DNA of 64,000 nucleotides from Amphiscolops sp. MND2022 (Eukaryota): NCBI GenBank assembly GCA_964187785.1, contig OZ076409.1, positions 82,834,001 to 82,898,000 of the forward strand, read 5' to 3'. Shown piece by piece: positions 14,781 to 27,583 of this stretch (position 1 is its first letter; each line of letters starts with the position of its first letter). The notes under the pieces were generated by a model. It saw only the letters and a program-made list of their open reading frames with translations, ran no database searches and was not told where the DNA came from. The position numbers and the translations under genes were made by a program.

Positions 14781-16139
14781 GAAGATGAAGAAGCCAAGCG
14801 ACAATGAGGAAAATGTGAAAAGAACATTCGCCTCTTGGCGACAAGGAAACTCCATCATACTTCATGTAACAATTGCTCAAGTATTTATCAGTAAAGAGCA
14901 TAATTTATGTTATCAGCTGCTACCACTATAATCACCACTGTAGTTGTAAATTGATAATACCGATTGTACTAATTGAATTATTGTCGGGGTGTGGCAGAGC
15001 TCCAATGCCGCCATCACTCGACCTCATGAAACAAACATCGAGAAAACAGTTAGCAGGTTGTTAATAACACAACCATAGATATTTGAATTAAAAACAGAAC
15101 CATTTGCCACAAGGTCAGAATACAATTTACAGTTGCATGCATTCTATCTATTGTTTTCAATTGAGTCAAGCTCACAGCTACAACAGTAGGTCTCTTTGGA
15201 TAATGACAAAAGGTGTCGAAACAAAGATGTATCAAGTTGTGATTGTTAAGTAAAGGTAATGGAATTTATTGTCTGAGGGTCCTTTGGTCTCATCACGACC
15301 CAAAGTTTGGAATGACAGCGCTTCGAGTGAGTTGCTCTGGTGGAAGTTTTCCCACTTTCCCTTCGTACTAATGACAAGATTCCGTAAAAATTACATAGCA
15401 CTGCAAAAAAATTCACCACAGAAAACAAAATTGGAAGCAAAACATATTAAGTATTCAATCAGTAGGGGAAGAGGACATGAATCATCTTCAAGGCCTCATC
15501 AGCGAGAAACAATTGAGGCACTATGAAAATCAAAACCTGTGAAAGAACCTCATAAAGAAGCACTTACGTATTGAAATCTAACCTTAAGGTTGTTCAAAGA
15601 AGCCAGTGAAAATGAAAGTGGAAGGAAAAAAGGCATTGACTGGATTTACAAATTACTCAAAACAAGTTTTGAATGACGGTTCTTGATGTGCATTTTAGCT
15701 TCTGGTTTTTACCCTTGCACTCAAGAAAATTACGAAGGAAACTTTCTATTTTGAAAATATTTATCACAGTGTGATAAAAAAGAACAAACATTTGAATTTC
15801 CTTAACATTACCTGAATTGGTTTTTTGGGGCACTTAACGAATTATAGATGAGGATATTTGAATAATTAGCAATCAAGTTATTTAGTGAACAACCAGACAT
15901 TTATTCCAAAATCTCAACTATTCTTTCAAGATTTGAGATGATTTTAAATATAAAAAGATCTCGTCTCGTTATACTTCAGGCTCGAGGGATGATTTTAGCT
16001 CATTTTAGCTTGATCGCGAATTGAGCAAATAACAGAGACAGGCCATTATTCAGAGAAGAACGAATCTTTTCCTAGTGTACACAACGCGTGTCTGGTTCTC
16101 GCTCTTTTATTTTGTTGATCTCGTTCGTTTCCCTGGCTG

Positions 16140-16300
16140 TGAAAAAGTGCTTTCATTGCAAAGAGTTTGCAAGAATCTTTCAAAATCTTGCAAGATAATT
16201 TTTTCCTTTGATTCCTTGAAAGAATCTTGCAAGATCTTTGCTTAAAACGCAATCCTTGCCAGATAACAGTACATGCCAAAATTACAAGATACTCTTCTAG
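16140..16300. repeat. CTTGCAAG-rich repeat (same family as 22611-22800)
   Basis: Repeated ATCTTGCAAGA-type palindromic units. Confidence 0.55.
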
Positions 16301-16404
16301 TATGAGGCCACGTTAGTTGAGTTTTAACGAGGTGCGACAACAACTCTAGTCTAAAATTTCACTCCAAAGAAGAAGAAAGAAGAAGAAAGTTTATTTCCCC
16401 AATT

Positions 16405-16740
16405 CCGCGGGGCCCCGAATAAGCAGTTCTGCTTTTCTAAGTCGGCGCCCTTTCGGACACTATCTCCCCATAGCAATCTATGGTACCATATTTGCAGCGA
16501 AATGGTCAAGCAATGGTGGACTTGAAGCTGTGGTTTCAAAGTGACTTGCTCAAGGTCACAAAGGTCTGGCTGCTCACCGTTACTCTTTTTATTTTGCTTT
16601 TGGCCGCCAAATGCGTTATTTTTTGTCACTGACCAGACCACTAAGCTAGGGATGAAAAACTTGCTCAAGGCCCAACAATGGTGAGTTGAGAGAGATTCGA
16701 ACCTGATGCCGCCCCAGTACAGTGGCTGACTCTCAAATAA
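16405..16740. repeat. Dispersed SINE-like repeat, inverted copy at 63540-63670
   Basis: ATAAGCAGTTCTGCTTTTCTAAGTCGGCGCCC...ATGGTACCATATTTGC matches the reverse complement of 63575-63650. GAGATTCGAACC near 16692 resembles a tRNA B-box on the - strand. Confidence 0.5.
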
Positions 16741-16955
16741 TAAAGCAAGTGATAACGTTTGTTAAGTTTATAGAAATTTCAATTTAAATTGTTAACACTG
16801 AAAAATTTCATGCATATCTCAATTGACACCCGACAGCGAGGTGATTCCATATGTTTTAGGGTATGAACTTAAGATTCATAGTATACGTACATGAGTCAGT
16901 AAATTTAGATGTTACTTCTGGTACTAGTTAGTGACATGAAACTTCAATTGATGAG

Positions 16956-19900
16956 TCACTTGGTAGTCATATAAATGACCAACACTTCGTATGCTGCAAC
17001 CCAAGCATCTCGGCATTCTTGGTTCCATGTATCTCCAACTCTGCTCTGCACACTCTTCACCACACATCCTCCAAGTTTCTGAACATAACAAATGAAACGA
17101 TCAGAAACAAGACTCCTGCTAAGCAGCGGGGTTTTTTCCACCTCAAACTAATTAGCTGGGCAATTTTCTTACGGCTGATGCGTAGCAATTTCTACACCTT
17201 TCAATTCATTTCACGCCTTGCTTTAAAAATACTGAATGAAAGTTTCTTCAGAGAAATAATACTATAAGACTTAGTAGCCAACCTTTCTCTTATAGACCTC
17301 CATATGTATTATTAGTTACAACAAGAAAGAAAGAAAGAAAGAAAGAAAGAAAAGAAAGAAAAGAAAGAAAAGTTTATTCGATTGGGATAATTAAATTTAA
17401 AAAAATATATACATGAAATGAAATGATAGAAACCAATCTGGACAGGAAAAGAGCCTATTGGCTCGTCAAAGTTCCTGCCCCGATTTTACAAAGTTACAAC
17501 AAGCCGGGACCGGCACAAGTCGGCGCCATCTCCAAGTCTCAAAAATAGCAAAAAGACTTCCAAGTTTCAAGAATTCTCTTTTAGAGTACTCGAAAATCGA
17601 AAACTTTTCGAAAAAAAAAATTTCAAAAAAATTACATACTCAAAAAATGGACCGAGTGGCGCGCCGGGGCCCGCTAGCGCGAGCCCCTGGCGCGCTAAAA
17701 GGGGGACACTTCCGAAATTGTCAACATTTTTGTCGCAGTTGAAGCGGGAACCCTTTGGAGAAAAAACAATTTTTCGAATAAAAGTCTCACAATTCCGAAA
17801 AACTGGAGGGGGGACCCTTTTGGGTTTTTAAACACCCAATCTGTTGTAAAACATCAAAGAAATTGAAGGGGGGACCCTTTGGAGAAAAAAAATAGAAAAA
17901 GTCTCACAATGCCGAAAAACTGAAAGGGGGGACCCTTTGGAGTTTTTCAACATCCATTCTGCCGCAAAACATCGAAAAATTGAAGGGGCGAAAAAATTTT
18001 ATTTCCGGAAAAAAATCTCACAGTGCCGAAAAAACTGAAAGGGGGACCCTTTGGGATTTTCCAACATTCATTCTGTCGCAAAACATCAAAAAATTGAAGG
18101 GGAAAATATTTTGAGAAAAAATCTCACAATGCCGAAAAAAAACTGGAAGGGGGAACCCTTTGGGATTTTCCAACATCCATTCTGACGCAAAACAGCAAAA
18201 AAATTGAAGGGGGAACCCTTTGGTCTCGCCCGGTATGGTATGTTACGCGGGAAAACAGGAAAAACCTTTTTGGTTCAGTTCGCTAGACCAAATAGTGCAA
18301 TTTGGTGCAATATTATTTTGTAGAACTTTTAAGAACTATTTCGGTCAGTTCGTGTGGATAGAAAAAAAGAGTCACTATAATAGTCGCGTTTCACTTCATG
18401 AAGCGTCGACTAAAAACATGCGAAGATTGACCAAAAAACATCTAACGTCAGCTTTCCCATTTTGAAGCATTGGCTAAGAGGCTAGTAAAGTATCTTCGAA
18501 CGCTAAAAATTCAGACCCACCAAAAAGCTTGAAAAAGTACGAAAAGTAAATACCAGGACTGAAACAGGACAAAAGTTGATTTTTTCAAGTTTCTGTGGCC
18601 GTTTCTGAAAAAAAGCTCTACCGTCCTCTTCTGGAAACGTACTGGATTATTGTTTCGGTTGACGTTGAATTCGTTGAATATTGTAACCTACGAAAATGTT
18701 CTGCAAGTGAAGTTTCAATATAGGAAGGTTTAGGATTTTTTGTTCTTTTTGAGACATTTTGAGGCATTTTAAGGTACATTTCTATCCCTTAAAGTATCCT
18801 ACATATAAACTGCATAAACTTTGAAGAAAAGATTATTTTTTGAGAGGCATTAATGCTTTTTTAAACAATTAACATGAATTTATAGAAGTTGCTTAAAGCA
18901 GTGAGAAAATTTACTTTCTAACATTTTGTGAAGTTTTGACGCAATTTGAAATATATAAAAACTTCGGATTGAACTCCGTAAGAGCGTAAGGGATAGCTAG
19001 CGGGTTCGTCGTTGAGCTCTCTGGGCGTTCAAATCTTTCAAAACTCTCAAGATTGAAGTACTTTGAGGTTATTTTGAGACACTTTTTCGACAAAATATTT
19101 CGGATTTCGTTTTTCAGAAAAAGCATCCAGGATAGTTGGTTCTTCCGTCGGAACGTTGGTTCTTACCTATCGCACGAAACTAAGTCCATAACAGTTAAGT
19201 TCTGGTATGAGAGAATCCCCGCACTTTGTGTATGACACTGGAACATGGCAAATTTCTGGAGTAAAATGTTTTTAATAAAACGCACTTCAGTGAGTAATTT
19301 TCCCTTCCCATAAGGAAATACGGGCAGTAAATAAAAACTCCAATGGACGCATTGGTGTAATTGAAGAACCTTAGTCGGTGTTCTGGGTAAAACTTTAAAA
19401 AAGATTTTCAAAAATTGCTCAGAGATCGTTTTTGATGAACACGTGTATGAATCGCAAAAAAGCAACATAGTTCTATACGGAGAACCATATAGTTCCATAG
19501 ATTTCCACACCTGCATGTTAATTCATGGAAAGTAAGGATATCATGATCCAATGTACTGAGCGATTTTGTGTAGTTTGTTAGTATTCAGAGCTTTTTCCCA
19601 AGCATTATTTTTTTCTACTCAAAAATCTTCGAAATCAAAAGAAAATCTTTCTTTTCACTCAGGAAATCGGAAATCACTGATTCTGATGTTAAATATCAAC
19701 GAATGTTACCTGGTACAAGTCTAATTTTACACTTCGTTTCTCATGTCGGGTTCCCAGATTTTTCAACTTCTCCTTTTTCGTATCAATTGTGTCCAGGTGT
19801 CCGAGACAATCCTGGAAATGGCGAGCAACGGACTCCACGTGCCTCTTGAAGCCTGGAAGTTGTCTGTGTTGCTCCGATGATATTTCAGGGTCCGCCCAAG

Positions 19901-20129
19901 GGAAAATGTCTTTTACTCCAGGCTCGTCCAGAAAGCTTATTAAAGGAAAACGATTCTTGAGAATCTGAGTAGAAACTAAACCATATAACACACAATCGTT
20001 GCAAAAATTTTGCTACTATTAACGAACTCACCTTATCAGAGCGTCAACAACGACGTAATAAAATTCATCGCCCACTGCTGCCAAGTGACCTTCAACTATC
20101 TTTCTTTGATTTTCAGTCAGCTGCCCCAT
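16956..20129 (-). CDS. Globin 2, complete 3-exon gene, 148 aa (exons 20129-20032, 19935-19710, 17078-16956)
   Basis: MGQLTENQRKIVEGHLAAVGDEFYYVVVDALIS|FLDEPGVKDIFPWADPEISSEQHRQLPGFKRHVESVARHFQDCLGHLDTIDTKKEKLKNLGTRHEKRSVKLDLYQ|KLGGCVVKSVQSRVGDTWNQECRDAWVAAYEVLVIYMTTK*. GT-AG introns at B12.2 and G7.0; 98+226+123=447 nt; CD1 Phe, E7 His, F8 His and H-helix AW motif present. Confidence 0.92.
17323..17371. repeat. (GAAA)n microsatellite
   Basis: Direct reading of the sequence. Confidence 0.9.
17498..18416. mobile_element. Non-autonomous repeat with subterminal inverted repeats and an internal GGGGGACCCTTT tandem array, in globin 2 intron 2
   Basis: 5' AAGTCGGCGC and 3' GCGTCGACT/GCGCCGACT inverted motifs; internal ~60/120-bp tandem units; homologous copies at 47642 and 48644. 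Confidence 0.7.
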
Positions 20130-22610
20130 GATCAGTCAGTCCGTTGCTCCACACTTATTGCTGGACCTAAATTAAATTGGTAAAACCCTTTGTCAAATGA
20201 TGTCAAACTGCTCACATTTATTGTTGTTGAAAACAGTCTGATTTGTAAGTACAAGTCTCTATATTGTGGAGAGAGATCAAAATTTAAACAATTCAAATTT
20301 TTGGCACGTAGATGAACGAAACGAGTTGACTGCCGAGAAACTTGGAAATTCATTTTTCTTGACGTCACATTGGAAAAAGTTTTTTTAAATAGTCGTCGAT
20401 CTGCTTTTCTTTTTAAAAAATCTGTATGGAGTTACCAAAATAGTTTCTTTCTAATGTGTACATTTTGTCTACACATTTTACCGACATTACTAAAGTCGAT
20501 GTGTTTTTTCCAGCACCCAGTGACTTCTTCCAAAAACATTTTCAGTTCACATGAGAATTTTTTCAATTTACGAATTATCCTTTTCGTGTCCAACAGAACC
20601 AAAAACTGTTCCGTTATTTTTGGCACTGTGTGACTTTTCTTTCCACAACACTTTCCACAAAAGTTTTTTTCTTTCCACAAAACGGTTCCCGCTTTTGTTT
20701 TCCAATGTGCCCAATTTTATGAAACTTAACTTTTTCTGAATTTTCTGAAGTTTTTCAAGTATGAATTAAGTGCCAGTTGTCTTATTAGCTACACAGGAAG
20801 AGCGCTATGGGCAAAATGTCATTTCGACTGAATTTTTAAAAATACTAGATAGGGTTCTGATTGAAGCGCGAAGTTTGAAGACTTAGGGTTGAAAACTTTA
20901 AACCGGCCAAATCTCTGCCTGAAATTTTTCAATTGATTTTAACTGAACGTACTTTCCTTTGTTCCAGTGGTTACTGCGTTTGAGTGGCTGGGCCGAAGCT
21001 TATACGCTTGCAAACTTAGAAATAACTGAATAAACAATTTTTTTGGGAAAACGAATGACCATTTTTAGAACAGAGTTATCCAAAAAACTAAAAGGTTTTC
21101 AGGGGTCCCATAAGGTCACCCTCGATTGTAATTGTTTTGCAGTTTTAGCTCTTTTAAAAAAGTTGAATGAATTCAAACTTTACCCGAGTGACTTTTTTCA
21201 GAAACTTTTAGTGCAATTTCTGAGTTGCCTCAAATTTTGAGCACACCAAGGGTTGTACACTTCAGTACTTAAGAATTAGAAATTTCTAAATCTATATTTT
21301 TAACTTGAGAATGAATCTGAATGAAATGCGGTTGTCTTTGGCAGTCCGTTTAATTCATAAACAATTTTTGCTTAATCGAGATCTGCTCTATTTTTTTAAT
21401 CGCGAAATTGCGTTTTTTGCATTTGATTGGTCAAAGATTCGCAAATTTTTGAGTTGAATAACTTTTTCGGGACGTACAAAACGAGAAAAAAATCCAACAA
21501 GCTGATTTCTTGTCAAAAAATCTTTGAGAATTTCTTTATCTGATTGTAACGGAACAGTTCAACGAGGAAATACTTCGGGCATAAAAGGGCTCACAATATA
21601 TTTTCAAAAAAAAGTTTCTCACCGATTCATTACGAGAAACATCAGGGAACCAAAACGAGAACCCTTTTGTGAAAGAAAATTTCACCAAGAAATGTCTGTA
21701 GATGCCAGAAAACCAAACGGTGGACCTTTGCAAATTGAAATTTTAGCTCTTTTCTGCTGGAGCTTTTTACATGCTGCAGGGCTGCATGCAGGGTAATTTT
21801 TATGAAACCTAGAAAACTCAGTACGATTCCGGTGGTAAATCCTGGAGAATCACACTGCATTTTCCTCTACTGCAACTGAGTTTGGAAATCAATCCCACTT
21901 CGTTGCTGACACGATCACTCGGTATTCACAATTTGTTCTCTCAACTACTCATCTGATGTGATCACCGCTTCTCAAATTGCACGCTGAATACTCTGACGCT
22001 ATTCTGCAGTTTATTACGCGACAGATGTTATTTTGCAATAAATTTGCGGTAATTTTGATAGCAACTATTTTGCTTCAAAACTAGAGCTGCTTCTCAATGA
22101 AACTTGAAACAATTCAACACTTAAATTTGCCGCCAAATTTCTTCATGAACGTTCGTTTCCTTGAGAACTTTAGAAAATCATTGTAAAGGTTGCTGGCATT
22201 AAACTACATACTCAACGTTCAAACAGTTTAAACAAGGGATAACCTAAATAACGATAAAAATGTGGTTTGACTTTTCAGAATTGAGTTTTGCCAAAGAAAA
22301 GCTTTATAGGGTTATGCATTTATGCATGAGTTAGTTTTTTGATCTGTAGAAAAATTCTAGTTTTATTTTATTCTGTTGCTTTTTTTCAAGCAATTGAGGT
22401 TTGTAAGTGTCCGTTTTTTGCGAAAGCGTCTTTTAACACTTTATCAGTCTTTTGTCACGTTTGTTGTGTGACTCTCTTCTTTTCAACTCCTAGCAACGTA
22501 AAAAAAACATCAAGATATCTTCTGAGACAAATTTGAGCACAGCGGTTCGTTTTGCACAATAGAACTCCCTAATTTTGACTGGCCCATTCCCTCCGTTCGA
22601 TTTGTCATTA

Positions 22611-22800
22611 CACTGGTTGACAAAAAATGCAATCCTTGCAAGGATCTTGCAAGAACCTTGCAAAAAAATGCTTTTTTTCGGAAGATCTTTCAAGGAATTT
22701 TTTTCCTTGCAAGATCATACAAGAAATGTTTTCCTTCCAAGATCTTGCAAGGAAATGTTTCCCTTGCAAAATATTGCAAGGAAATTGTTTCCTTGAAAGA
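22611..22800. repeat. CTTGCAAG-rich tandem repeat just left of the Polinton
   Basis: About 8 imperfect TCTTGCAAGGAAAT units. Confidence 0.6.
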
Positions 22801-22875
22801 ACGTATAACATTTCAAGGAGTGTAACGACCTCGAGAGTTTTTCTGACAGCAAGGGGTCTTTATATATGGCTTGTC

Positions 22876-23039
22876 AGTAGTAGGGAAAATACCGATATAG
22901 AACAGTAAAATCATCAAAATTTTTTTACCTTGAAAATGCATAATTTTAATGGTTTTACTAGCCAATATCGGTAATTTTTACCTATTATTTCAAGGCAAAT
23001 CATCAAAAATTAGTCATTTTTCGCAACTAAAAATTAACA
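22876..23039 (+). repeat. Polinton left terminal inverted repeat
   Basis: Reverse complement of 38025-38187, with about 4 substitutions and a T-run length difference. Confidence 0.95.
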
Positions 23040-23114
23040 AAATAAAATCAATGAACAAGTTCTTCCATGGAAAATTCATTGACCAAGACATAATCATGGA
23101 AAAATGACTAATAA

Positions 23115-23525
23115 ATGAATTATTTGTCAATCAAAGAATTTGTTGAAAAATATGGATTAAAAGATGAAGCAACTTCTAATGTAATGTTTAAAGAAATCTA
23201 GGCACACTCAAATTAAACTCAACCGGGATGTATATGAGAGATGATCAATTTACCACCACATCAGGATTTAGTTAACTTACATCCAACTAAAGGAACACAT
23301 TGGGTTATGTTTGTTAACGAGTTTTATTTTGATTCATATGGATGCCCACCTCCAACTAATATCCAGAGATTCCTTATACTCAATCACAATAATGGTATTT
23401 ATTCAGAATATCAAATTCAGAAAAATGACAGTTATTGCGCAGCCTATTGTTTGTACGTGTTGTATCTCGCAAAAATAATTAGCTTTAAAAATGCAGTTTT
23501 AAATTTATACTACCAAAATTTATAA
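23115..23525 (+). pseudogene. Polinton adenain-like cysteine (maturation) protease, 5' part disrupted
   Basis: GTHWV..FDSYG..QIQ..SYCAAYCLYVL gives the H-D-Q-C catalytic set. The upstream frame from ATG 23115 is interrupted. Confidence 0.85.
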
Positions 23526-23532
23526 TTCCTAA

Positions 23533-23742
23533 ATGAAGAAAATTAATAATTATTCAGCTCAATATAAATTTATTCAAAAGCCAGAGAAGGGAAATTATAA
23601 TAAAAATATTCTTACACAGCAGAGCTACCCTTCGGTGCAAAGCGCCTTCGGTAATAATCCGAAAAAGAAATTATCAAAACAAAACCAAGAATTTATAAAC
23701 AAGATATCTGCTAGCGGATTTAAACAATTTCATAACATTTAA
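23533..23742 (+). CDS. Polinton small hypothetical protein (69 aa)
   Basis: ATG in TAAATG context, tightly packed between protease and minor capsid; carries a mini-hairpin insertion. Confidence 0.5.
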   Translation: MKKINNYSAQYKFIQKPEKGNYNKNILTQQSYPSVQSAFGNNPKKKLSKQNQEFINKISASGFKQFHNI

Positions 23743-23769
23743 TTAAAAACAATTTTTTATCAATAATAA

Positions 23770-24882
23770 ATGGATCTATCAAATTTTGTAACCTATGATA
23801 AAAAAGAACCTCTTTTATTGAATATAGCAAAATCTAATTTTGATATTGTTGAAAATACCTTATCCAAACCACAAGAAACTTTAGAATTTAAAATGAATAA
23901 ACAAAAAGAATCTTTTTCATTTGATATTCCATTGGAATTGCCTGAAAAATGGATGATGGGAGTAACAAGTTTAGAAGTATACAACACTGTATATAACATT
24001 ACTGAAAAGAATAACAAGCTTAAAATACTTCTCAGAAAAGATCAACTTGATCCACTTGGATTTGACGCTCATTTAGTAAAGCATGTTGAGTATTTATATA
24101 AAACATCTGATAATAGAGGAATCTCTAATATAGAAAAATTTAATAAACTTATAGTTGATAATTATAAGAACAAGAAAAAACGAACTCTTACTAAAGACGA
24201 TTTTGATACTTTAACAGAATTAATTATTCTGGTTAATCTTGAGAATACTAAAAATAATAAGGGATCTCTCAATATAAGTCTTCCTGATTATTTTATTGTT
24301 ACAGATCATGTTAAAATTGAGTTAACACCAAGAGTATACTAATTAGTTGATTTAAATAATGCTATTAGGGAAGAAATCAGAAGAAGAGATGATTATTCAC
24401 CAGTTGATACAGAAACACTTAAAAGGCTTGAACAAACAAAAGCTCAAAATTTAGCTTTATTTATCGAATACAATATACAAGCAGATACAATATCAATGAA
24501 ATCAATATTATCAACATCAAACTATTTTGTATTTAACTCTGAACTTAACACCCTTTTAGGATTTACAAAAAAGGAATATCCAAGAGGATTCCATAAATCA
24601 GAAAAACCAGTTATGATAACAACCACAGACAAAATTCATCTGAAATGTGATTGTGTAGATGGTTCATATGTTAATGGTATACGAGAACAAATCTTGTTTA
24701 GTTTTAATCATTCCTCCCCACCAGGATATAAAATTATAAAAGAACCTAATTTTATTTTATACAAAAAGACAAACAAAACAAGGTTAGATAGTATTCAATT
24801 TTTCCTTGAGGACTCTAACCACAACCCAGTTGATTTCAACGGGGAGACAATAACTTTTACAATTCAAATCGTTAAGATTTAA
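23770..24882 (+). pseudogene. Polinton minor capsid (penton-like) protein with one in-frame TAA at 24340-24342
   Basis: N-terminal LELPEKWMMGVTSLEVYNTVYNI and C-terminal IHLKCDCVDGSYVNG..ILFSF..PPGYKI..VDFNGETITFTIQI. Both ORFs share one frame and the interval between them is open. Confidence 0.85.
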
Positions 24883-25003
24883 ATTAATTATTATTTTTTC
24901 TAATACACAGCAACGCTGGCTTCGCATAAACCAGAGGTTTACAAACCAAAAGTTTGCAAACTAAAGTTTGTGCTTGGAAAAAATGAATAATTTTTTTTAT
25001 TAA

Positions 25004-25402
25004 ATGAGCTTTAGTAATTTTAAAAATAATTCATATTGTGATGGTGGAAAACATTATTCCGCTACCATAAATATTCGTGGAGATATTACTCAAAGTAAAA
25101 AAAACTGGGATGCCTGTAAAACTATTAAGAGGTACTTGTTCAACTTGTAAAAGAAATAAATCGCTTATACTATCTGATCAAACTATTTCAGCCGAGGGAT
25201 TGGGTGACTTCTTTAAACATATTGGCAAAGGTGCAAAAAATGTTGGAAAGAAAATTTTAAATAATCCTGGAAGAGCATTAGAACTCGCAGCAAATATTGG
25301 TACAGCTGCAGTAAAAATCCAAAACGTATTGCCGCAACTGCTCCTGATATTATAAAATTTGTACATCAAGGGAAAGGCCTGTACTTGGGTAAAATTCATT
25401 GA
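25004..25402 (+). pseudogene. Polinton small protein: Zn-ribbon-like N-terminus plus cationic amphipathic helix (two frameshifts)
   Basis: Reconstructed MSFSNFKNNSYCDGGKH...GTCSTCKRNKS...AEGLGDFFKHIGKGAKNVGKKILNNPGRALELAANIGTAA..NPKRIAATAPDIIKFVHQGKGLYLGKIH*. Confidence 0.6.
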
Positions 25403-25524
25403 TTTACAGCTTCGCTGGCTATGCTGTAAATTAAATAATGAGCAATCTCTGATTCCAAATATTAATAAGGAATCTTTGATAAGGAAACTCTCGATATCTT
25501 ATTTTTATGATTAATAAATAAATT

Positions 25525-26613
25525 ATGTATTCAATTCATAATCGAGATGCTTTAGAAAATTTAAAAAAATTGCAAGAATCAAAATCTTTAATAAAAGCTG
25601 AAAGATTAAAACAACTCCTAGGGAAGCAAGACTTTCATTACGATATGGAAGAAGTTTTTGAACCTGTGACCGAAAATCAGACCAAACAACAACAACAACA
25701 ACAACCTGAAAAGCAAATACAAGCACTACGTGATTCTACCCAAACTACAACTCACGCAATACAAGCCCGAACTGAAGCAATAAAACAAAGTAAAAACATT
25801 CTTAATGAAAATCTACAAAAGTCGATTGAAAAAGGAATACAAGAATATGATAAAATTTCTAACCGTAATAATAAACTTGTTACAAATTTTGTTAATTCTA
25901 ACCTAGTGGATAGTTCCATTGTTAAAACAATTTCCAACCTTCTCAATGACAAAAATAAAAGTCAATTTAGTTTAGAACCCGTGACGCAAAGCGCCTTCGG
26001 TGAAGGTAATCCAAATTTATTCATAAATAACCCCCATAATCCCCAACAAGTACTAAATAAAGGTTCAACACTTACCTGCTTAAGCAATAACAACATGTAT
26101 AATTTGAATGATCCAGATCTTTCATATTTTATTAGTAATGCACAAATAGACACACAACCACAAAACGTGAATCTAATTTATTCTTTCTTGAATGATATGA
26201 AATATAATAAAAATTATGGAGATAAAAAATCGAAGAGATAGTATTTCATTAAAGATTTGATTAATCAAAACAGCTTCGCTGGCTCTGCAAATATATACCA
26301 ACAGATCCCTTATCAACTATCCCAATTGGGAAGTGGAATAAATTTTACACCTGGACGGAGCAAATCTTTGATTTGTACAGATCAAAAATCTGCAAATCCT
26401 GCGGTTTATGTTTTTCTTCCATCTGATCCAGATGAGCTTGTAGATCAATTAAAACTACTTTGTTTTGAAAAAGTAGGAGGAAATGATAATCCTATGCTTA
26501 GTGAACAAATCATAGCAATTGTTGATAAACTATTAGAGTATGAATGTATTACAACAAATCAGCATCAAAGCCTTATATGCACTTTTACTAAAAAGGATCA
26601 GTTTGTGGATTGA
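25525..26613 (+). pseudogene. Polinton conserved uncharacterised protein, in-frame TAG at 26239-26241
   Basis: Two same-frame ORFs. C-terminal GSG..FLPSDPDELVDQLKLL..GGND..EQIIAIVDKLLE resembles a motif common in Polinton accessory ORFs. Confidence 0.65.
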
Positions 26614-27583
26614 ACACCTTGAACTCCGGATTAGATTCATTACATATCATATATTTTTTACCATTTTTATCTTCTAACCTATTTATTAATAAACAATTAT
26701 ACTTCTCCCGCCATGCTTCTCTGCATAAACTTTTAAATTCATCATAAGACATATCAAAACCAGCAATATCTTTGTATATATATTCAACATCTTTCAATGT
26801 TTGTTGAAATAAAATTATGATATTACTATTATTGCGTATGGTGCGTTTAGGCAAATCGAAAATTAACTGTGATAAATAATAAACATCTAAATCATTATGT
26901 CTTCCTCTAGTAAAAAATGGATCTATTAATTTCTGATTGGAGTCTAACATATCATCAAATACAACACAACAATTTTGAAAATTTTGTACGCTACGCGCCT
27001 TCGGTATTGTTCTATCTTCTAGATCTTCTTCCACTTCTATTTCTTCTAAAGTGTTGTACCGAAGGGCAGCTTTGCTGTATTGTTCCGGTGATCTACTTAT
27101 TATTTTCATTTGTTTTTCAGGATTATCCAAGCGAATTAATTGTTTTTTGTTTAATAACAAATGTGTTTTACCACAAAATGATGGACCAACTACTAATGTT
27201 CGATTACAGCTTTGCTGGCCTCCGGTGAACATAATATTATCATTATGATTTTCATCACACAAAACGCCGTCGGTATTATGATTTTCAATATTATGATTTG
27301 CATCATTATTATGAATATTATTTATATTTTTATTATCATTTAAATGCATCTTCTCTATAGTACATCTTTTTAAATGTTTTGATAAATAAGTTTTTTTGAA
27401 ATCCTTATTACAGAATTCACATTTTACTTTTTTATTGAAACATTCTATACATGTACTATATATTTTACCTTTTTATGTTTGTAAAAATCGTTTTCAATAT
27501 ATTACATTCTTTACATCTTTTTTTATTCTCACAACAGGAGCAGACGGATTTTTCATTACTTTTTCCACAATTACAAATTTCAT
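26588..27583 (-). pseudogene. Polinton packaging ATPase 1 (A32/FtsK-HerA-like) with Cys-rich N-terminus
   Basis: Walker A GPSFCGKT, Walker B VVFDD, and FTRGRHNDLDVYYLSQ. In-frame upstream CIEC..KCEFCNKDFKKTYLSKHLKRC; a further Cys-rich segment is reached by frameshift towards ATG 27583. Confidence 0.88.

Noticed and set aside
13924..14858. Several hydrophobic - strand ORFs
   Set aside because: Antisense shadows of the A-rich gypsy 3' region.
17740..18230. Periodic GGGGGACCCTTT motifs as CRISPR-like repeats
   Set aside because: The intervening sequences are homologous to each other, so this is a tandem array inside a dispersed element.
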